NCBI RefSeq assembly: GCF_000011125.1
Contig: NC_000854.2
Coordinates: forward strand, 960,001 to 992,000
Length of the DNA stretch: 32,000 nt
Source of the DNA: Aeropyrum pernix K1
GTDB lineage: Archaea > Thermoproteota > Thermoprotei_A > Sulfolobales > Acidilobaceae
Reading direction: 5' to 3'
Shown: one piece after another, positions 1 to 9,288 of the stretch
Layout: every line of letters starts with the position of its first letter
How positions within the stretch are numbered: position 1 is the stretch's first letter
The notes under the pieces: generated by a model
Seen by the model: only the letters and a program-made list of their open reading frames with translations
Database searches by the model: none
What the model was told of the DNA's origin: nothing
Made by a program: the position numbers and the translations under genes

Positions 1-107
1 GGCCCAAGGGAGGCTCCAAACATAGCTAGGATTACGGCCTTCCAGAACATGGTGAAGCTCCTGCAGGGTCTAGGAGCCCTGAGTACCGGCTTGCCTGGGA
101 GAAGGGC

Positions 108-434
108 TTAGCCCTCGCCTCCACCTGCCTCTTTGTAGGTGCTTTCTATGCATGCGTCCATGCAATCCTGCGTCTCCTCTTTGCCAATGCCGTGCTTTTC
201 TAGACACTCCTTTAGACACCTACACTCCCCCTCCTCCAGCGATGAGACTCTAAGCTCTGGTATGCCGGGAGAGGGGCTGACGGCGACTACCCGGCAGTCC
301 TCGAAAACGAGTTCTAGGGCGTATGTGCTCAAGGCGACTCCCACAAGCTTCTTCCCGATGAGGAGGCTCAGCTCCTCAAGCGTCCTCTCGAGAGCCTCCT
401 CTAGAGACTCCCTCCCGTTATCGCCGCTGCCCAA
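108..434 (-). CDS. hypothetical protein (108 aa), acidic with a Cys-rich C-terminal part
   Basis: ATG-initiated ORF with protein-like charged/hydrophobic composition (LEEALERTLEELSLLIGKKLVG...; CRCLKECLEKHG...DCMDAC). The overlapping + strand ORF 139..537 is Ser/Pro/Arg-rich shadow. No family recognised. Confidence 0.5.
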   Translation of the reverse strand: MGSGDNGRESLEEALERTLEELSLLIGKKLVGVALSTYALELVFEDCRVVAVSPSPGIPELRVSSLEEGECRCLKECLEKHGIGKEETQDCMDACIESTYKEAGGGEG

Positions 435-538
435 GATAGGCTGGCACCCCGCTAGCCATGGCCAGGGTTCAACACTACATTGGGCCGCGCAGCCGTATAT
501 AGGTATAGTTAGGTCTAAATGCGGCCTTCGATGCTGAC

Positions 539-949
539 CTACTCCCCGAGATAGAGCAGGTTAACTGTTCTCTCCCTGGGCCCGTCCATCTCCACGAACA
601 GTATCCTCTGCCAGGTTCCTAGGGACAGCCTTCCCCCGACAACCGGTATGACCCTGCTGTCCCCTATGATTGTGTTGCCCAGGTGTGCGTGGGCGTTGAC
701 GTCCACAAGGTTATGCTTCCAGGGGCCCCCGGGCTTCGTTAGCTCCCTAATGAACTCCACTATGTCCTCCATAAGCCTGGGCTCGGCCTCGTTGACAGCC
801 ACAGCCGCGGTTGTGTGTGGGACGTACACAACCAGCAGGCCGTTCACACCGCCGACCGTCGAAAGCCACTCCTCTACCTTGCCAGTAACATCGAGGACCT
901 GGAGCCTCCTCTCAGTCTTTACTGTGAAAGATCCAGTCTCCACCTTCAA
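539..949 (-). CDS. YjbQ/UPF0047 family protein (secondary thiamine-phosphate synthase-like)
   Basis: 136 aa. Family hallmarks VPHTTAAVAVNEAEPRLMEDI and HAHLGNTIIGDSRVIPVVGGRLSLGTWQRILFVEMDGPRERTV. Confidence 0.85.
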   Translation of the reverse strand: MKVETGSFTVKTERRLQVLDVTGKVEEWLSTVGGVNGLLVVYVPHTTAAVAVNEAEPRLMEDIVEFIRELTKPGGPWKHNLVDVNAHAHLGNTIIGDSRVIPVVGGRLSLGTWQRILFVEMDGPRERTVNLLYLGE

Positions 950-1114
950 ACGCGGTCACCCAAGGGTCTATAGTATGCTCTACACGGTATTTAGGCGGCC
1001 ACTGTAGGGTAGGGTTTCCTCAGTCTAGACCGAGTGGGAGGTATACCTGATATAACACCCTATCCACTCACATACTCTCTGGGGGGTGTAATCCCGTTGT
1101 CCAGCGTTCTGGAG

Positions 1115-2074
1115 ATGCTCTGGGTGGAGAAGTACAGGCCCAGGAGCCTGGATGATATCGTCGACCAGAAGCATGTGGTCGAGAGGTTGAAACAGTTTGT
1201 AAAGCAGAGGAACATGCCACACCTCCTATTCGCAGGGCCCCCGGGCACGGGTAAGACGACTGCTGCCCATGCACTAGCCCACGATCTCTTCGGCGAGAAT
1301 TACAGGCAGTATATGCTAGAGCTGAATGCTAGCGACGAGAGGGGTATCAATGTTATCAGGGAGAAGGTTAAGGAGTTTGCCCGTAGCAGGACGCCCCCGG
1401 AGATTCCCTTCAAGATCGTGCTACTAGACGAGGCTGACAACATGACGAGCGACGCCCAGCAGGCTCTCAGGAGGCTTATGGAGCTTTACAGCAGTGTCAC
1501 AAGGTTTATACTGATAGCAAACTATCCCAGCAAGATTATAGACCCGATACAGAGCAGGTGCGCATTCTTCAGGTTCCAGCCCCTATCCAAGCAGGACGTT
1601 ATCGAGAGGCTGAGGTATATAGCCGAGAACGAGGGTGTAGATTACGAGGAGGAGGCTCTGGACGCCATATACGAGATAAGCGAGGGCGACATGAGGAAGG
1701 CCATTAACGTCCTCCAAGCCGCCAGCTACCTCGGCAAGGTGACCGTCGACGCGGTGTACAGGGTAGTGGGTATGGCGAAGCCCAGAGAGGTTAGGGAGAT
1801 GCTCGCCACCGCCCTGAAAGGCGACTTCACCGCGGCCAGAAGCCTCCTCCGGAAGATAATGATAGAGTATGGAATGAGCGGCGAGGATGTTGCCCGGCAG
1901 ATACACAGGGAGCTATTCTCCACAGAGCTTAAGATGCCCGAGGAGCTTAGGGTTCTCGCAGCAGACTATCTGGGGGAGGTCCACTACAGGCTTGTGGAGG
2001 GTAGCGACGACGATATACAGCTCTCCGCCTTCCTCGCGTGGCTGACAATGATGTCGAGAAAACTGGAGGTATAG
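1115..2074 (+). CDS. rfcS: replication factor C small subunit
   Basis: ORF is open from 1034, but the ATG at 1115 gives the canonical N-terminus MLWVEKYRPRSLDDIV. Walker A GPPGTGKTT, Walker B LLDEAD, SRC motif QSRCAFFRF. No intein. Confidence 0.9.
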   Translation: MLWVEKYRPRSLDDIVDQKHVVERLKQFVKQRNMPHLLFAGPPGTGKTTAAHALAHDLFGENYRQYMLELNASDERGINVIREKVKEFARSRTPPEIPFKIVLLDEADNMTSDAQQALRRLMELYSSVTRFILIANYPSKIIDPIQSRCAFFRFQPLSKQDVIERLRYIAENEGVDYEEEALDAIYEISEGDMRKAINVLQAASYLGKVTVDAVYRVVGMAKPREVREMLATALKGDFTAARSLLRKIMIEYGMSGEDVARQIHRELFSTELKMPEELRVLAADYLGEVHYRLVEGSDDDIQLSAFLAWLTMMSRKLEV

Positions 2075-2078
2075 GGGG

Positions 2079-3518
2079 TTGCCGATAGTAGCCCGCTCGA
2101 GCCGCGTCCCCTGGGTTATTAAATACAGGCCCAAGCGCGTCGAAGATGTCGTTAACCAGGACCAGGCCAAGAAGATTCTAGTACCCTGGTTCAAGGCATG
2201 GCTAGAGGGCAGGAAGCCGGATAAAAGGGCGGCCCTCCTCTACGGCCCGCCAGGCGTTGGTAAGACGAGCCTCGTGGAGGCTATAGCGAGCGAGTTCAAC
2301 CTGGAGATGATAGAGCTAAACGCCAGCGACTACAGAAGGAGGAGCGATATAGAGCGTATAGTCGGGGCCGCGTCCCGGAAGAGGAGCATGTTCAAGAGGG
2401 GCGTGGTAATACTGCTCGACGAGGTTGACGGGATAAACCCGAGAGAGGACGCGGGCGGTATAGAGGCTCTCCTCTCCGTCATAAAGACCACCGAGAACCC
2501 TATAGTCATGACCGCCAACGATCCGTGGAAAGACTTCCTCAGACCCCTCAGGGAAGTCAGCCTAATGGTGGAGTTTAGGCCTCTAACCCTGACCCACATA
2601 GTCGCGGTGCTCCAGAGGATCTGTGAGGCTGAGAGGATAGAGTGCGAGAGAGAGGCCCTACGCTACATCGCTGAGAGGAGTGAGGGCGACCTCAGGTCCG
2701 CGATAAACGACCTACAGGCAGTGGCCGAGGGCTATGGCAGAGTCACTCTAACCCTGGCCCGTGAGATAGTGAGGGGTAGGGAGAAGAGCATAGACATCTG
2801 GAGGACGCTGAACCAGGTGTTCTACAAGCCGAGGCAGGCGTGGATGGCGAGGAAGGCGGTTAGCCAGAGTGAGAAAGACTATGAGGAGCTGATAGCATGG
2901 ATAAACGACAACATACCCAGGAAGTACGGGGAGCCCTCTGACCTGTTCAGAGCCTTCGACGCCCTGGCGAGGGCGACAGTCTTCCTGGGCAGAGCCAAGT
3001 TCGGGGGCAACTGGGAGCTGCTTTCGTATGTTTTCGACCTGATGGGCCCTGGGGTCGCCTACGCTAGGATGGAGGGGGAGGTCCTCAAGACTAGGTACTC
3101 CTACCCGGAGAAGATCAGGATGATGGCTCAGCTAAGGGGGGTTAGGGAGACTAGGGAGAAGCTGGCCGAGGTCCTGGCTAAAAGACTCCTTATGAGCAGG
3201 AGAGCTGTTAAAACAGAGGTGCTACCCATACTCCACTACATCTTCCGGAGCTCCAGAGACCCTACTAAGCCTGCCATGATAGCCCTTGAGTACGGGCTAA
3301 CGGAGAAGATGGTCGAGCTTCTGGCGGGCCAGCGTAAAAGCGAGATTCTAAAGGCAATGGCCACCGTAAAGAAGGCGAGGCTAGGCGAGAAGCCCCTAGA
3401 ACCCCAGGAAGCGAAAGCCAGGAGGAGAGGGGAGAAGGCTAGTAGAGATGAGGGTAGGAAGGCGGGGAAAAGGGAGAGAAAGGGCGTAGGCCTGGACTTC
3501 TTCCTAGGTGAGCAATAA
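2079..3518 (+). CDS. rfcL: replication factor C large subunit
   Basis: TTG start 4 nt after the rfcS stop (operon). VIKYRPKRVEDVVNQ, Walker A GPPGVGKTS, Walker B ILLDEVDG. Lys/Arg/Glu-rich tail ending in a PIP-box-like GLDFFLGEQ. Confidence 0.9.
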   Translation: MPIVARSSRVPWVIKYRPKRVEDVVNQDQAKKILVPWFKAWLEGRKPDKRAALLYGPPGVGKTSLVEAIASEFNLEMIELNASDYRRRSDIERIVGAASRKRSMFKRGVVILLDEVDGINPREDAGGIEALLSVIKTTENPIVMTANDPWKDFLRPLREVSLMVEFRPLTLTHIVAVLQRICEAERIECEREALRYIAERSEGDLRSAINDLQAVAEGYGRVTLTLAREIVRGREKSIDIWRTLNQVFYKPRQAWMARKAVSQSEKDYEELIAWINDNIPRKYGEPSDLFRAFDALARATVFLGRAKFGGNWELLSYVFDLMGPGVAYARMEGEVLKTRYSYPEKIRMMAQLRGVRETREKLAEVLAKRLLMSRRAVKTEVLPILHYIFRSSRDPTKPAMIALEYGLTEKMVELLAGQRKSEILKAMATVKKARLGEKPLEPQEAKARRRGEKASRDEGRKAGKRERKGVGLDFFLGEQ

Positions 3519-3668
3519 CGGCTAGGCTGCAATGCTGAAAAGGCTTCGGAGAATCAATTGAGAACTGGGCCAGCCCTCCTCCCCGCCCCGCCGACGGAGG
3601 GCGGTTGCCCGCGTCGATGAGGTGGGGAGCGCACGGGGCTGGCCATAGCTAGGTGACCCCGGGGCTTC

Positions 3669-3989
3669 CTACCCTCTCCTCCGGGTCTCCCTCCTCAGCT
3701 TCAGAAGGAGGTTCGTCGGCACCTCCACGTAAACTTCGCCCCGATCCTCGACTATACGTATCCCAAGCTTGGTCAGCCGCCTGGACTGTGTTGGACGGGA
3801 TAGTTCGGCCAATAGGTCTTCAACCATGTAATCGGTGGGCTCCTCCCTCTTCGCCCTGATAAGGCTTGATAGGTGTATCTTGAAGCGTTCCTGTCCTGAA
3901 GCCTCTAGTATGTCGACCACTCCCCCCCTTAGCCTTGCGAATCCCTTTAGCAGCCTGAGCAGGGTCTCGAGGGGGTCCTCCCTAGTCAT
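3669..3989 (-). CDS. hypothetical protein (106 aa)
   Basis: ORF whose ATG overlaps the stop of the upstream CDP-alcohol phosphatidyltransferase gene by 4 nt (ATGA coupling). Charged, basic C-terminal tail. No family recognised. Confidence 0.55.
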   Translation of the reverse strand: MTREDPLETLLRLLKGFARLRGGVVDILEASGQERFKIHLSSLIRAKREEPTDYMVEDLLAELSRPTQSRRLTKLGIRIVEDRGEVYVEVPTNLLLKLRRETRRRG

Positions 3990-4570
3990 CTTCTCAGCTC
4001 ACCCGCTATGTAGACCATCCTCTGGATGACCGTTATCCACACTAGCACGGCAGCCGCTGAGGCGAGAGCCAGGGCCGTCTGGAGGTTGTATATGGATATG
4101 GCAAGTATAGCTAGTATGGCGATGGATCTCTCACCCCTCTCCATGAGACCCCTACCTCTAACCTCTAGTCCGAGGCTCTCGCCCTTAGCCCGGAGATAAG
4201 GCACTATCAGGCCCCCGGAGAGCATAGCAATGACTATGAGGGGGTGGACCCCTGCTATGTATAGGGTGGCATGGTATAGTGAGTCTGAGATCCTGTCCAG
4301 GCTGGAGTCGAGGAACGAGCCCAGCGGTGAGACTCTGCCTGTAAACCTGGCCACAGCCCCGTCTACAGCGTCCAGTAGCAGGGAGAGGGCGATAAGGAGG
4401 AGGCTGGCCACGGGGGATATGTAGAGCCACGCTGGCAGGGCGGCGGCGGCGGCGACAGGGCTCGCCAGTGTGTAGATGTTTGGGTCCGGCGAGATCCTCG
4501 ATAGGAATGAGGCTACTGTTGGGGCTATTCGAGCCTCGTAGAAGCTCCTTAGCCTGTTGAAAACGCCCAA
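3986..4570 (-). CDS. CDP-alcohol phosphatidyltransferase family membrane protein
   Basis: 194 aa, multi-TM. Exact family motif D-G-x2-A-R-x8-G-x3-D-x3-D in DAVDGAVARFTGRVSPLGSFLDSSLDRISD. Substrate (archaetidylinositol-P, DIP-P, serine and so on) cannot be told from sequence alone. Confidence 0.85.
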   Translation of the reverse strand: MGVFNRLRSFYEARIAPTVASFLSRISPDPNIYTLASPVAAAAALPAWLYISPVASLLLIALSLLLDAVDGAVARFTGRVSPLGSFLDSSLDRISDSLYHATLYIAGVHPLIVIAMLSGGLIVPYLRAKGESLGLEVRGRGLMERGERSIAILAILAISIYNLQTALALASAAAVLVWITVIQRMVYIAGELRR

Positions 4571-4695
4571 CCCGCGGCTACACCCCGCTCCAGCTGGTCG
4601 CCCAGGATAAGGTGGGCCAGCCTACACTCTTTAAACTGGAGAGCACACTCCTTAACCATGGGTAGGGTGGATATCGGGGGGTGTCTTAGTCTGAA

Positions 4696-5865
4696 TTGGC
4701 GTTGAAGATAGCGTTCGTGTCGCGATATCCTCCTGTCCACTGCGGCGTCGGCGAGTACACCCGCATGCTGGCCTCGGGACTTAGGACAGTCCTGCCCTCT
4801 GCCTCGATTAGAGTTTACTCTACCGGGGAGGCCGGGTGGGAGAGGTATTATGACGACTCTCTCGGCGTCGAGGTTGTCCCGTCCTACATGAGGCGTGACA
4901 CCTCCTATGAAGGCCTTGTGAGGAACCTCGAGGATGATGGCGGGGCCGATGTTGTTCATCTACAGCACGAGTACGGTATCTACGGGGACGGGCCGCGGAT
5001 TGTGGAGGCGCTGCTTGAGATCTACAAAAGGGGGTTGGCCTCGGCTGTTGTGGCTACATTCCATACTGTAGTGCATAAGCAGAGCACAGCCAGCGGTGAG
5101 AGGCTAGAGACTCAGAGGAGGGCAAGCAGGCTCCACGCCATAATAACGCACAGCATACTCATGGAGTTCGAGCTCCAGGCCCAGGGCGTAGATCCCAGTG
5201 TCATAGTGAAGATACCCCACGGCACCCTAGTCAACCCCTATCTAGGGTACCCCAGACACAGGCTAGCGGAGAAGCTCGGCGTCGAGGTCGAAGACTCGGA
5301 GCTTCTGCTGGTGACGCCCGGTTTTCTAAGGCCTGATAAGGGTTTGGACGTGCTAGCAAGCGCCGCCGCCCTTGTGAGCGACGGAAAACTGAGGATAGTG
5401 GTTGCTGGCGAGCCTATGGGGGTGGCTCCGGAGGAGATCCCGTCCATGGGTGGTAGGATTAAGGTTATAGAGAAGTATCTCTCCACTGACGAGATACTTA
5501 TGCTTGCGGCGATGAGCGATGCGATAGTGCTCCCCTACAAGGACAGGCCTGGGAAGTATAGTGTGAGCGGCGTGCTCCACCTGAGTATGGGTAGCCTGAA
5601 GCCTGTTCTAGGGACGAGGGTGCCTAGGCTGGTGGAGCTCTACGAGTACTCCCCCATGCTCACCGTGCCGCCCAGGAGCCCTGAGCTGCTGGCCCGTAGG
5701 ATGGAGTGGCTTTCAAGCAACTACGAGCTGGCGGCGTCGGCCAGCGCGCAGCTCTACAGCTACGCGGCGGCGACCCAGTGGCCCATGGTTGCCAGCCAGC
5801 ACATAGCCCTCTACAGGGGTGTTATAGAGGGGAAGCCGCCAGCCTACTACAACTACTGGCGCTAG
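4696..5865 (+). CDS. glycosyltransferase, GT4/GT-B family
   Basis: TTG start (an alternative TTG at 4702 gives MKIAFVSRYPP). N-terminal (M)KIAFVSRYPPVHCGVGEYT is typical of GT4. C-terminal Rossmann half with PGFLRPDKGLDVL and SDAIVLPY. Confidence 0.8.
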   Translation: MALKIAFVSRYPPVHCGVGEYTRMLASGLRTVLPSASIRVYSTGEAGWERYYDDSLGVEVVPSYMRRDTSYEGLVRNLEDDGGADVVHLQHEYGIYGDGPRIVEALLEIYKRGLASAVVATFHTVVHKQSTASGERLETQRRASRLHAIITHSILMEFELQAQGVDPSVIVKIPHGTLVNPYLGYPRHRLAEKLGVEVEDSELLLVTPGFLRPDKGLDVLASAAALVSDGKLRIVVAGEPMGVAPEEIPSMGGRIKVIEKYLSTDEILMLAAMSDAIVLPYKDRPGKYSVSGVLHLSMGSLKPVLGTRVPRLVELYEYSPMLTVPPRSPELLARRMEWLSSNYELAASASAQLYSYAAATQWPMVASQHIALYRGVIEGKPPAYYNYWR

Positions 5866-6206
5866 CCGTACTTGAAGCCCAGTGAGAACCCTACGAGGAA
5901 GCTTGCTGCGAAGGGCGTTGCAGCTATTATGTAGGACTTGAGGCTTGCCGCCGCTGCTCCGCCCCCAGATATCGCCCTCTCAACCAGGAGGGCGAGCTTG
6001 TCCCAGTTGACGCTTATGACGCCGTAGTAGGCGAGGCCCATTAGGCCTAGTGTGAAGACCCCTACCACCAGTAGTAGAATCTTTATAGCCTTCTTTAGAG
6101 CGTATCCAGCAGCGAATCCAAGGATCCCGCCGCCCCCCAGCTGTAGCAGGACGCCGGTGAATATGTCCCCTGCCGTGATCTCCGCCAAACCGACCACCAT
6201 AGTCAC
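5862..6206 (-). CDS. small membrane protein, FUN14-like
   Basis: 114 aa, 3-4 TM helices. GGGGILGFAAGYALKKAIKILLLVVGVFTLGLMGLAYYGVISVNWDKL resembles the FUN14 family pattern. 4-nt convergent overlap with the GT4 gene. Confidence 0.65.
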   Translation of the reverse strand: MTMVVGLAEITAGDIFTGVLLQLGGGGILGFAAGYALKKAIKILLLVVGVFTLGLMGLAYYGVISVNWDKLALLVERAISGGGAAAASLKSYIIAATPFAASFLVGFSLGFKYG

Positions 6207-6237
6207 AACATAGATGCCGCCGGGTGATAAGGCTTCT

Positions 6238-7608
6238 TTAAGGAGCCGGTTCGAACTTCGAGGACCTCAGGTCGAAGAATGTGGCCTCCTCAACTTCCGC
6301 ATAGACCCACCTTCCCATAGCCCTCTCCTCGTAGGGTAGGATTATGGGTGTGTAGTTGTCTAGCCTCCCGGTCATGCTCCCCTCCCTCCAGGACCGCTCT
6401 GTGACGAGGGCTCTCACCCTTCGCCCCACATAACTCCCGTTGATCTCTAAACCTATCTCCGCGACTATCTTCCCCAGTATCCTGCTCCTCTCCTTCTTGA
6501 CACTGTCGGGAACCTGCTCCATGGACGCCGCCTCGGTGTGGGGCCTCAGGCTGTACTGGGCAAGGTGGACCTTTTCGAACCTCAGCTCCTCAACAAGCCT
6601 TACAGTGTTCCAGAACGCCTCCCAGGTCTCGCCTGGGTGGCCGACGATAATGTCGGTCGCTATCATAGCGTCGGGGAACCTGGACTTGATCCTCCTGTGG
6701 ATTGCCTTGTACTCGCTGACTGTGTAGTTCCTCTTCATAATCTTGAGGACCTCGTCATCACCGCTTTGCACAGGGAGGTGGAAATACTTGTACACCCTTT
6801 CATCCCTGTAGACGTCGAGGAGGCTGTCCAGATAGGGCTCAACCTGGTCTGGCGTCATCATCCCCACCCTTATCCTATAGTCCCCCTCAACCTTCTCCAG
6901 GATAGCAGCCACCAGGTCCGCCAGATTGGGCTTTCCGGGTAGGTCGACACCGTAGACCGCAACATCGGTCCCCGTCAGCCTTATCTCCCTGGCCCCCTTC
7001 TCGACAGCCTCCCTGACCCTCTCCACTATGACCCTCGGGCTGTAGCTCCTCACCTGCCTCCTGGCCACCTTGGTGATGCAGAAGCTGCAGTCTCCCAGGC
7101 AACCCTCCTGGATCATCACCGTAACGACAGCATCAGTAATAGGGAGCTGGGGCATTGACCTAGTGTCTCTCCTGCCGTCGAGAACCACAAGCCTCCGCCC
7201 AGACTCGAGGGCGTCTACAGCATCGAGAACCCTCTCAACAGCCTGGGGTGCGAGAAGGCTGGCCTCCGGTACAAGCCTCGCAACCAGGCCGGGCCTCGCC
7301 TTGACAAGACAGCCCGCCACCACGTATTTCCTGTCAGGCAGTTGGAGCCTCAGTTTCTCGAGCCTCTCAGCTATCCTCTGCTCAGTGTCAAGCCTGACCG
7401 CGCACGTGTTAACTAGAATTACATCGGCATCCTCAGGCCGCGCCACCCGCCTATAACCAGCTTCCTCTAGCCTGGACGCCATTATGAGGGCGTCGAACTC
7501 TGAGAGCGAGCATCCGTAGACCTCTAGATAGTACGTGCGGCTGGGCTTGCCAGCCCGTCTGCCCGCCTGGCCTGGGATCTCTGCTTCCACCTTCTCAGCG
7601 CACTCCAT
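6238..7608 (-). CDS. radical SAM methylthiotransferase, MiaB/CDKAL1 (archaeal MtaB-like, ms2t6A-type)
   Basis: 456 aa. MTTase N-domain (YLEVYGCSLSEFD...VNTCAVR...AGCL), radical SAM cluster motif CLGDCSFC, C-terminal TRAM domain (GRRVRALVTERSW...GRLDNYTPIIL). Confidence 0.9.
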   Translation of the reverse strand: MECAEKVEAEIPGQAGRRAGKPSRTYYLEVYGCSLSEFDALIMASRLEEAGYRRVARPEDADVILVNTCAVRLDTEQRIAERLEKLRLQLPDRKYVVAGCLVKARPGLVARLVPEASLLAPQAVERVLDAVDALESGRRLVVLDGRRDTRSMPQLPITDAVVTVMIQEGCLGDCSFCITKVARRQVRSYSPRVIVERVREAVEKGAREIRLTGTDVAVYGVDLPGKPNLADLVAAILEKVEGDYRIRVGMMTPDQVEPYLDSLLDVYRDERVYKYFHLPVQSGDDEVLKIMKRNYTVSEYKAIHRRIKSRFPDAMIATDIIVGHPGETWEAFWNTVRLVEELRFEKVHLAQYSLRPHTEAASMEQVPDSVKKERSRILGKIVAEIGLEINGSYVGRRVRALVTERSWREGSMTGRLDNYTPIILPYEERAMGRWVYAEVEEATFFDLRSSKFEPAP

Positions 7609-7660
7609 ACCCTATCACCAGGCAGGGTTTAGCGGGTCCTGCGCGATCATCGGTTTGCCA

Positions 7661-7680
7661 TGTTTATTATACTATAATAT
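7661..7680. promoter_or_regulatory. AT-rich TATA-box region in a divergent intergenic spacer
   Basis: tgtttattatactataatat is the only AT-rich block between the divergent methylthiotransferase (start 7608) and aIF2-beta (start 7701/7716) genes. It sits at archaeal TATA distance from the aIF2-beta start. Confidence 0.45.
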
Positions 7681-7700
7681 CCCCGGGGGCTGATATATCG

Positions 7701-8162
7701 GTGTTGGGTGTGCGTATGTCTGGAAGCGTTTTGGACGAGGAGGCCGAGAAGCTAATGGACTACGACTACCTACTGGAGAAGCTGTACAAGAAAGTTCCTC
7801 CCAAGAGCGGGACCTCGGAGTACCGCATACCTGAGCCCCAGATAATCAGGATAGGAAGCCAGACGGTGATAAGGAACTTCAGGGAGATAGCCCAGGCTCT
7901 CAAGAGGGATCCGAAGCTCGTGGCAAGATATCTCCAGAAGGAGCTGGCAACTGCTGCGAGCTACGAGGAGGAGAGCGGCCAGCTCATTCTCAATGTCAAG
8001 GTGTCGAGGAAGGTTGTAAACCAGTTCCTCCAGCTGTTCATGAAGACATACGTGCGCTGCCCAACCTGCGGGAGCATCGACACCAAGCTCCTGAGGCAGG
8101 AGAGGGCTTACATGCTGAAGTGCGAGGCCTGCGGCGCAGAGCAGCCTGTGAAGCCTATATAG
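7701..8162 (+). CDS. eif2b: translation initiation factor aIF2 subunit beta
   Basis: 153 aa from GTG 7701 (alternative ATG at 7716). YDYLLEKLYKKVP...RIPEPQI..., C-terminal zinc ribbon CPTCGSIDT...CEACGA. Confidence 0.9.
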   Translation: MLGVRMSGSVLDEEAEKLMDYDYLLEKLYKKVPPKSGTSEYRIPEPQIIRIGSQTVIRNFREIAQALKRDPKLVARYLQKELATAASYEEESGQLILNVKVSRKVVNQFLQLFMKTYVRCPTCGSIDTKLLRQERAYMLKCEACGAEQPVKPI

Positions 8163-8192
8163 CCTAGCCTACCCGGAAAATCCCGCGAGCCC

Positions 8193-9059
8193 CTAGCGAG
8201 CCCATGGGAGCCTGGCCTCTAGAACATCCCTGAGGCCCGATTTAACGAACACTGCATAGCTCCTGCCGGACGAGTCGAAGGTGTGGTCTACGGCTATGTA
8301 GCCCTTTGATAGTAGGCCCGTTATGGCTTTTCTCGTCGCCATCCTCCACCTCCTGGCGGCATCGATCCCCAGCTCCTCCCTGACCACTGTTATGCTTCTG
8401 GGGAGTGCAACCAGCGCGACCTCAGCATCCCCCCATGCCTCCCGTGGACGGGGATAGCCGTCGTCGCCGTGCGCCAGAGCCTCAACCGCGCCATACACGG
8501 TCTTCAGCTCCTCGGCTGGTGGAGGGCGTAATCTGCCCTCGAGCTTCAGCCCGACTAGCCTGGAGTCTAGCCACCATTCCGCGACAACCCTGTCACTACC
8601 CAGCCCCCTGTTGATCTCGTCAGTCATCTCACCGTAGTAGTTCACCTTGTACACCCTGTATACCGCGCCGAGCTTGGCCAGGTTGAACCTAGTGTTAAGG
8701 CTCTGAAGCGGGTCGAAGGTCCACTTGGCCAGCGACACGCCCTCCCTCAGGACCTCCTCCCTCTGCCTAGCCTTAAGAGCGAACCCGACGCCACGGTACT
8801 TATAGCCCTCCTCGACGCCGGTGGCGTGACTATAGAAGTACCTGCCCTCCCCGCAGCCGACGAACCATCCGTAGCTAGCCCCCACCATCCTACCCCCGAC
8901 AAAAGCACCTAGCACCAGGCCGCCGTTGTCAACCAGCGCCCGCAGTATGTGGGGCGCCACAACCTCCCTATAATCCCTGCTACCCCAAGCCCTAGCATGC
9001 ACCTCAACAGCCTCCTCAAGCTCTACAGGGTCGCTAAGCCTCCTCACAACGACCTCCAC
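8193..9059 (-). CDS. GNAT-superfamily-like protein of unknown function (COG3375-type)
   Basis: 288 aa. Acetyltransferase-like core (GGRMVGASYGW...YSHATGVEEGYKYRGVGFALKARQRE) followed by WTFDPLQSLNTRFNLAKLGA, as I recall for this uncharacterised family. Not verified by search. Confidence 0.6.
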   Translation of the reverse strand: MEVVVRRLSDPVELEEAVEVHARAWGSRDYREVVAPHILRALVDNGGLVLGAFVGGRMVGASYGWFVGCGEGRYFYSHATGVEEGYKYRGVGFALKARQREEVLREGVSLAKWTFDPLQSLNTRFNLAKLGAVYRVYKVNYYGEMTDEINRGLGSDRVVAEWWLDSRLVGLKLEGRLRPPPAEELKTVYGAVEALAHGDDGYPRPREAWGDAEVALVALPRSITVVREELGIDAARRWRMATRKAITGLLSKGYIAVDHTFDSSGRSYAVFVKSGLRDVLEARLPWAR

Positions 9060-9288
9060 AGAGGCACACCCCCCAGCATATTGGGGGCGGCGCCTCGGAG
9101 GGCTCTGGAGGCCATCAACCCACCAGGGCCCTGGACCCCGGGTGGGCCTGCCTAGTCAACGCCTTCCACACTGGCGCCGCCAAGATTGATATTTTCGTGC
9201 AGCCAGCTGTTTAGCCTTCCGCCCCCGGGTGCGGGTGTTAAGGTTTAGATCGAGCATGTCCCATAAATTTGTAAATGGGGGGTTGGCT

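Noticed and set aside
1-111. Frame-1 + strand reading frame open from the window edge to the TAG at 109..111 (possible 3' end of an upstream gene)
   Set aside because: Only 36 codons with no recognisable motif. An open frame of this length is expected by chance in GC-rich DNA, so it cannot be supported.
139-1007. + strand ORFs 139..537 and 648..1007
   Set aside because: They are antisense to the hypothetical gene and to the YjbQ gene. Both are Ser/Pro/Thr-rich.
3568-3644. The 77-nt hairpin element considered as a tRNA
   Set aside because: It has a 9-bp terminal stem, no D-loop GG, no T-loop GTTCRANYC and no plausible anticodon arm. It is kept only as an sRNA candidate.
4549-4959. 136-aa minus-strand ORF overlapping the GT4 gene start
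   Set aside because: It overlaps a motif-supported glycosyltransferase and the divergent promoter region. Arg/Gly/Pro-rich shadow.
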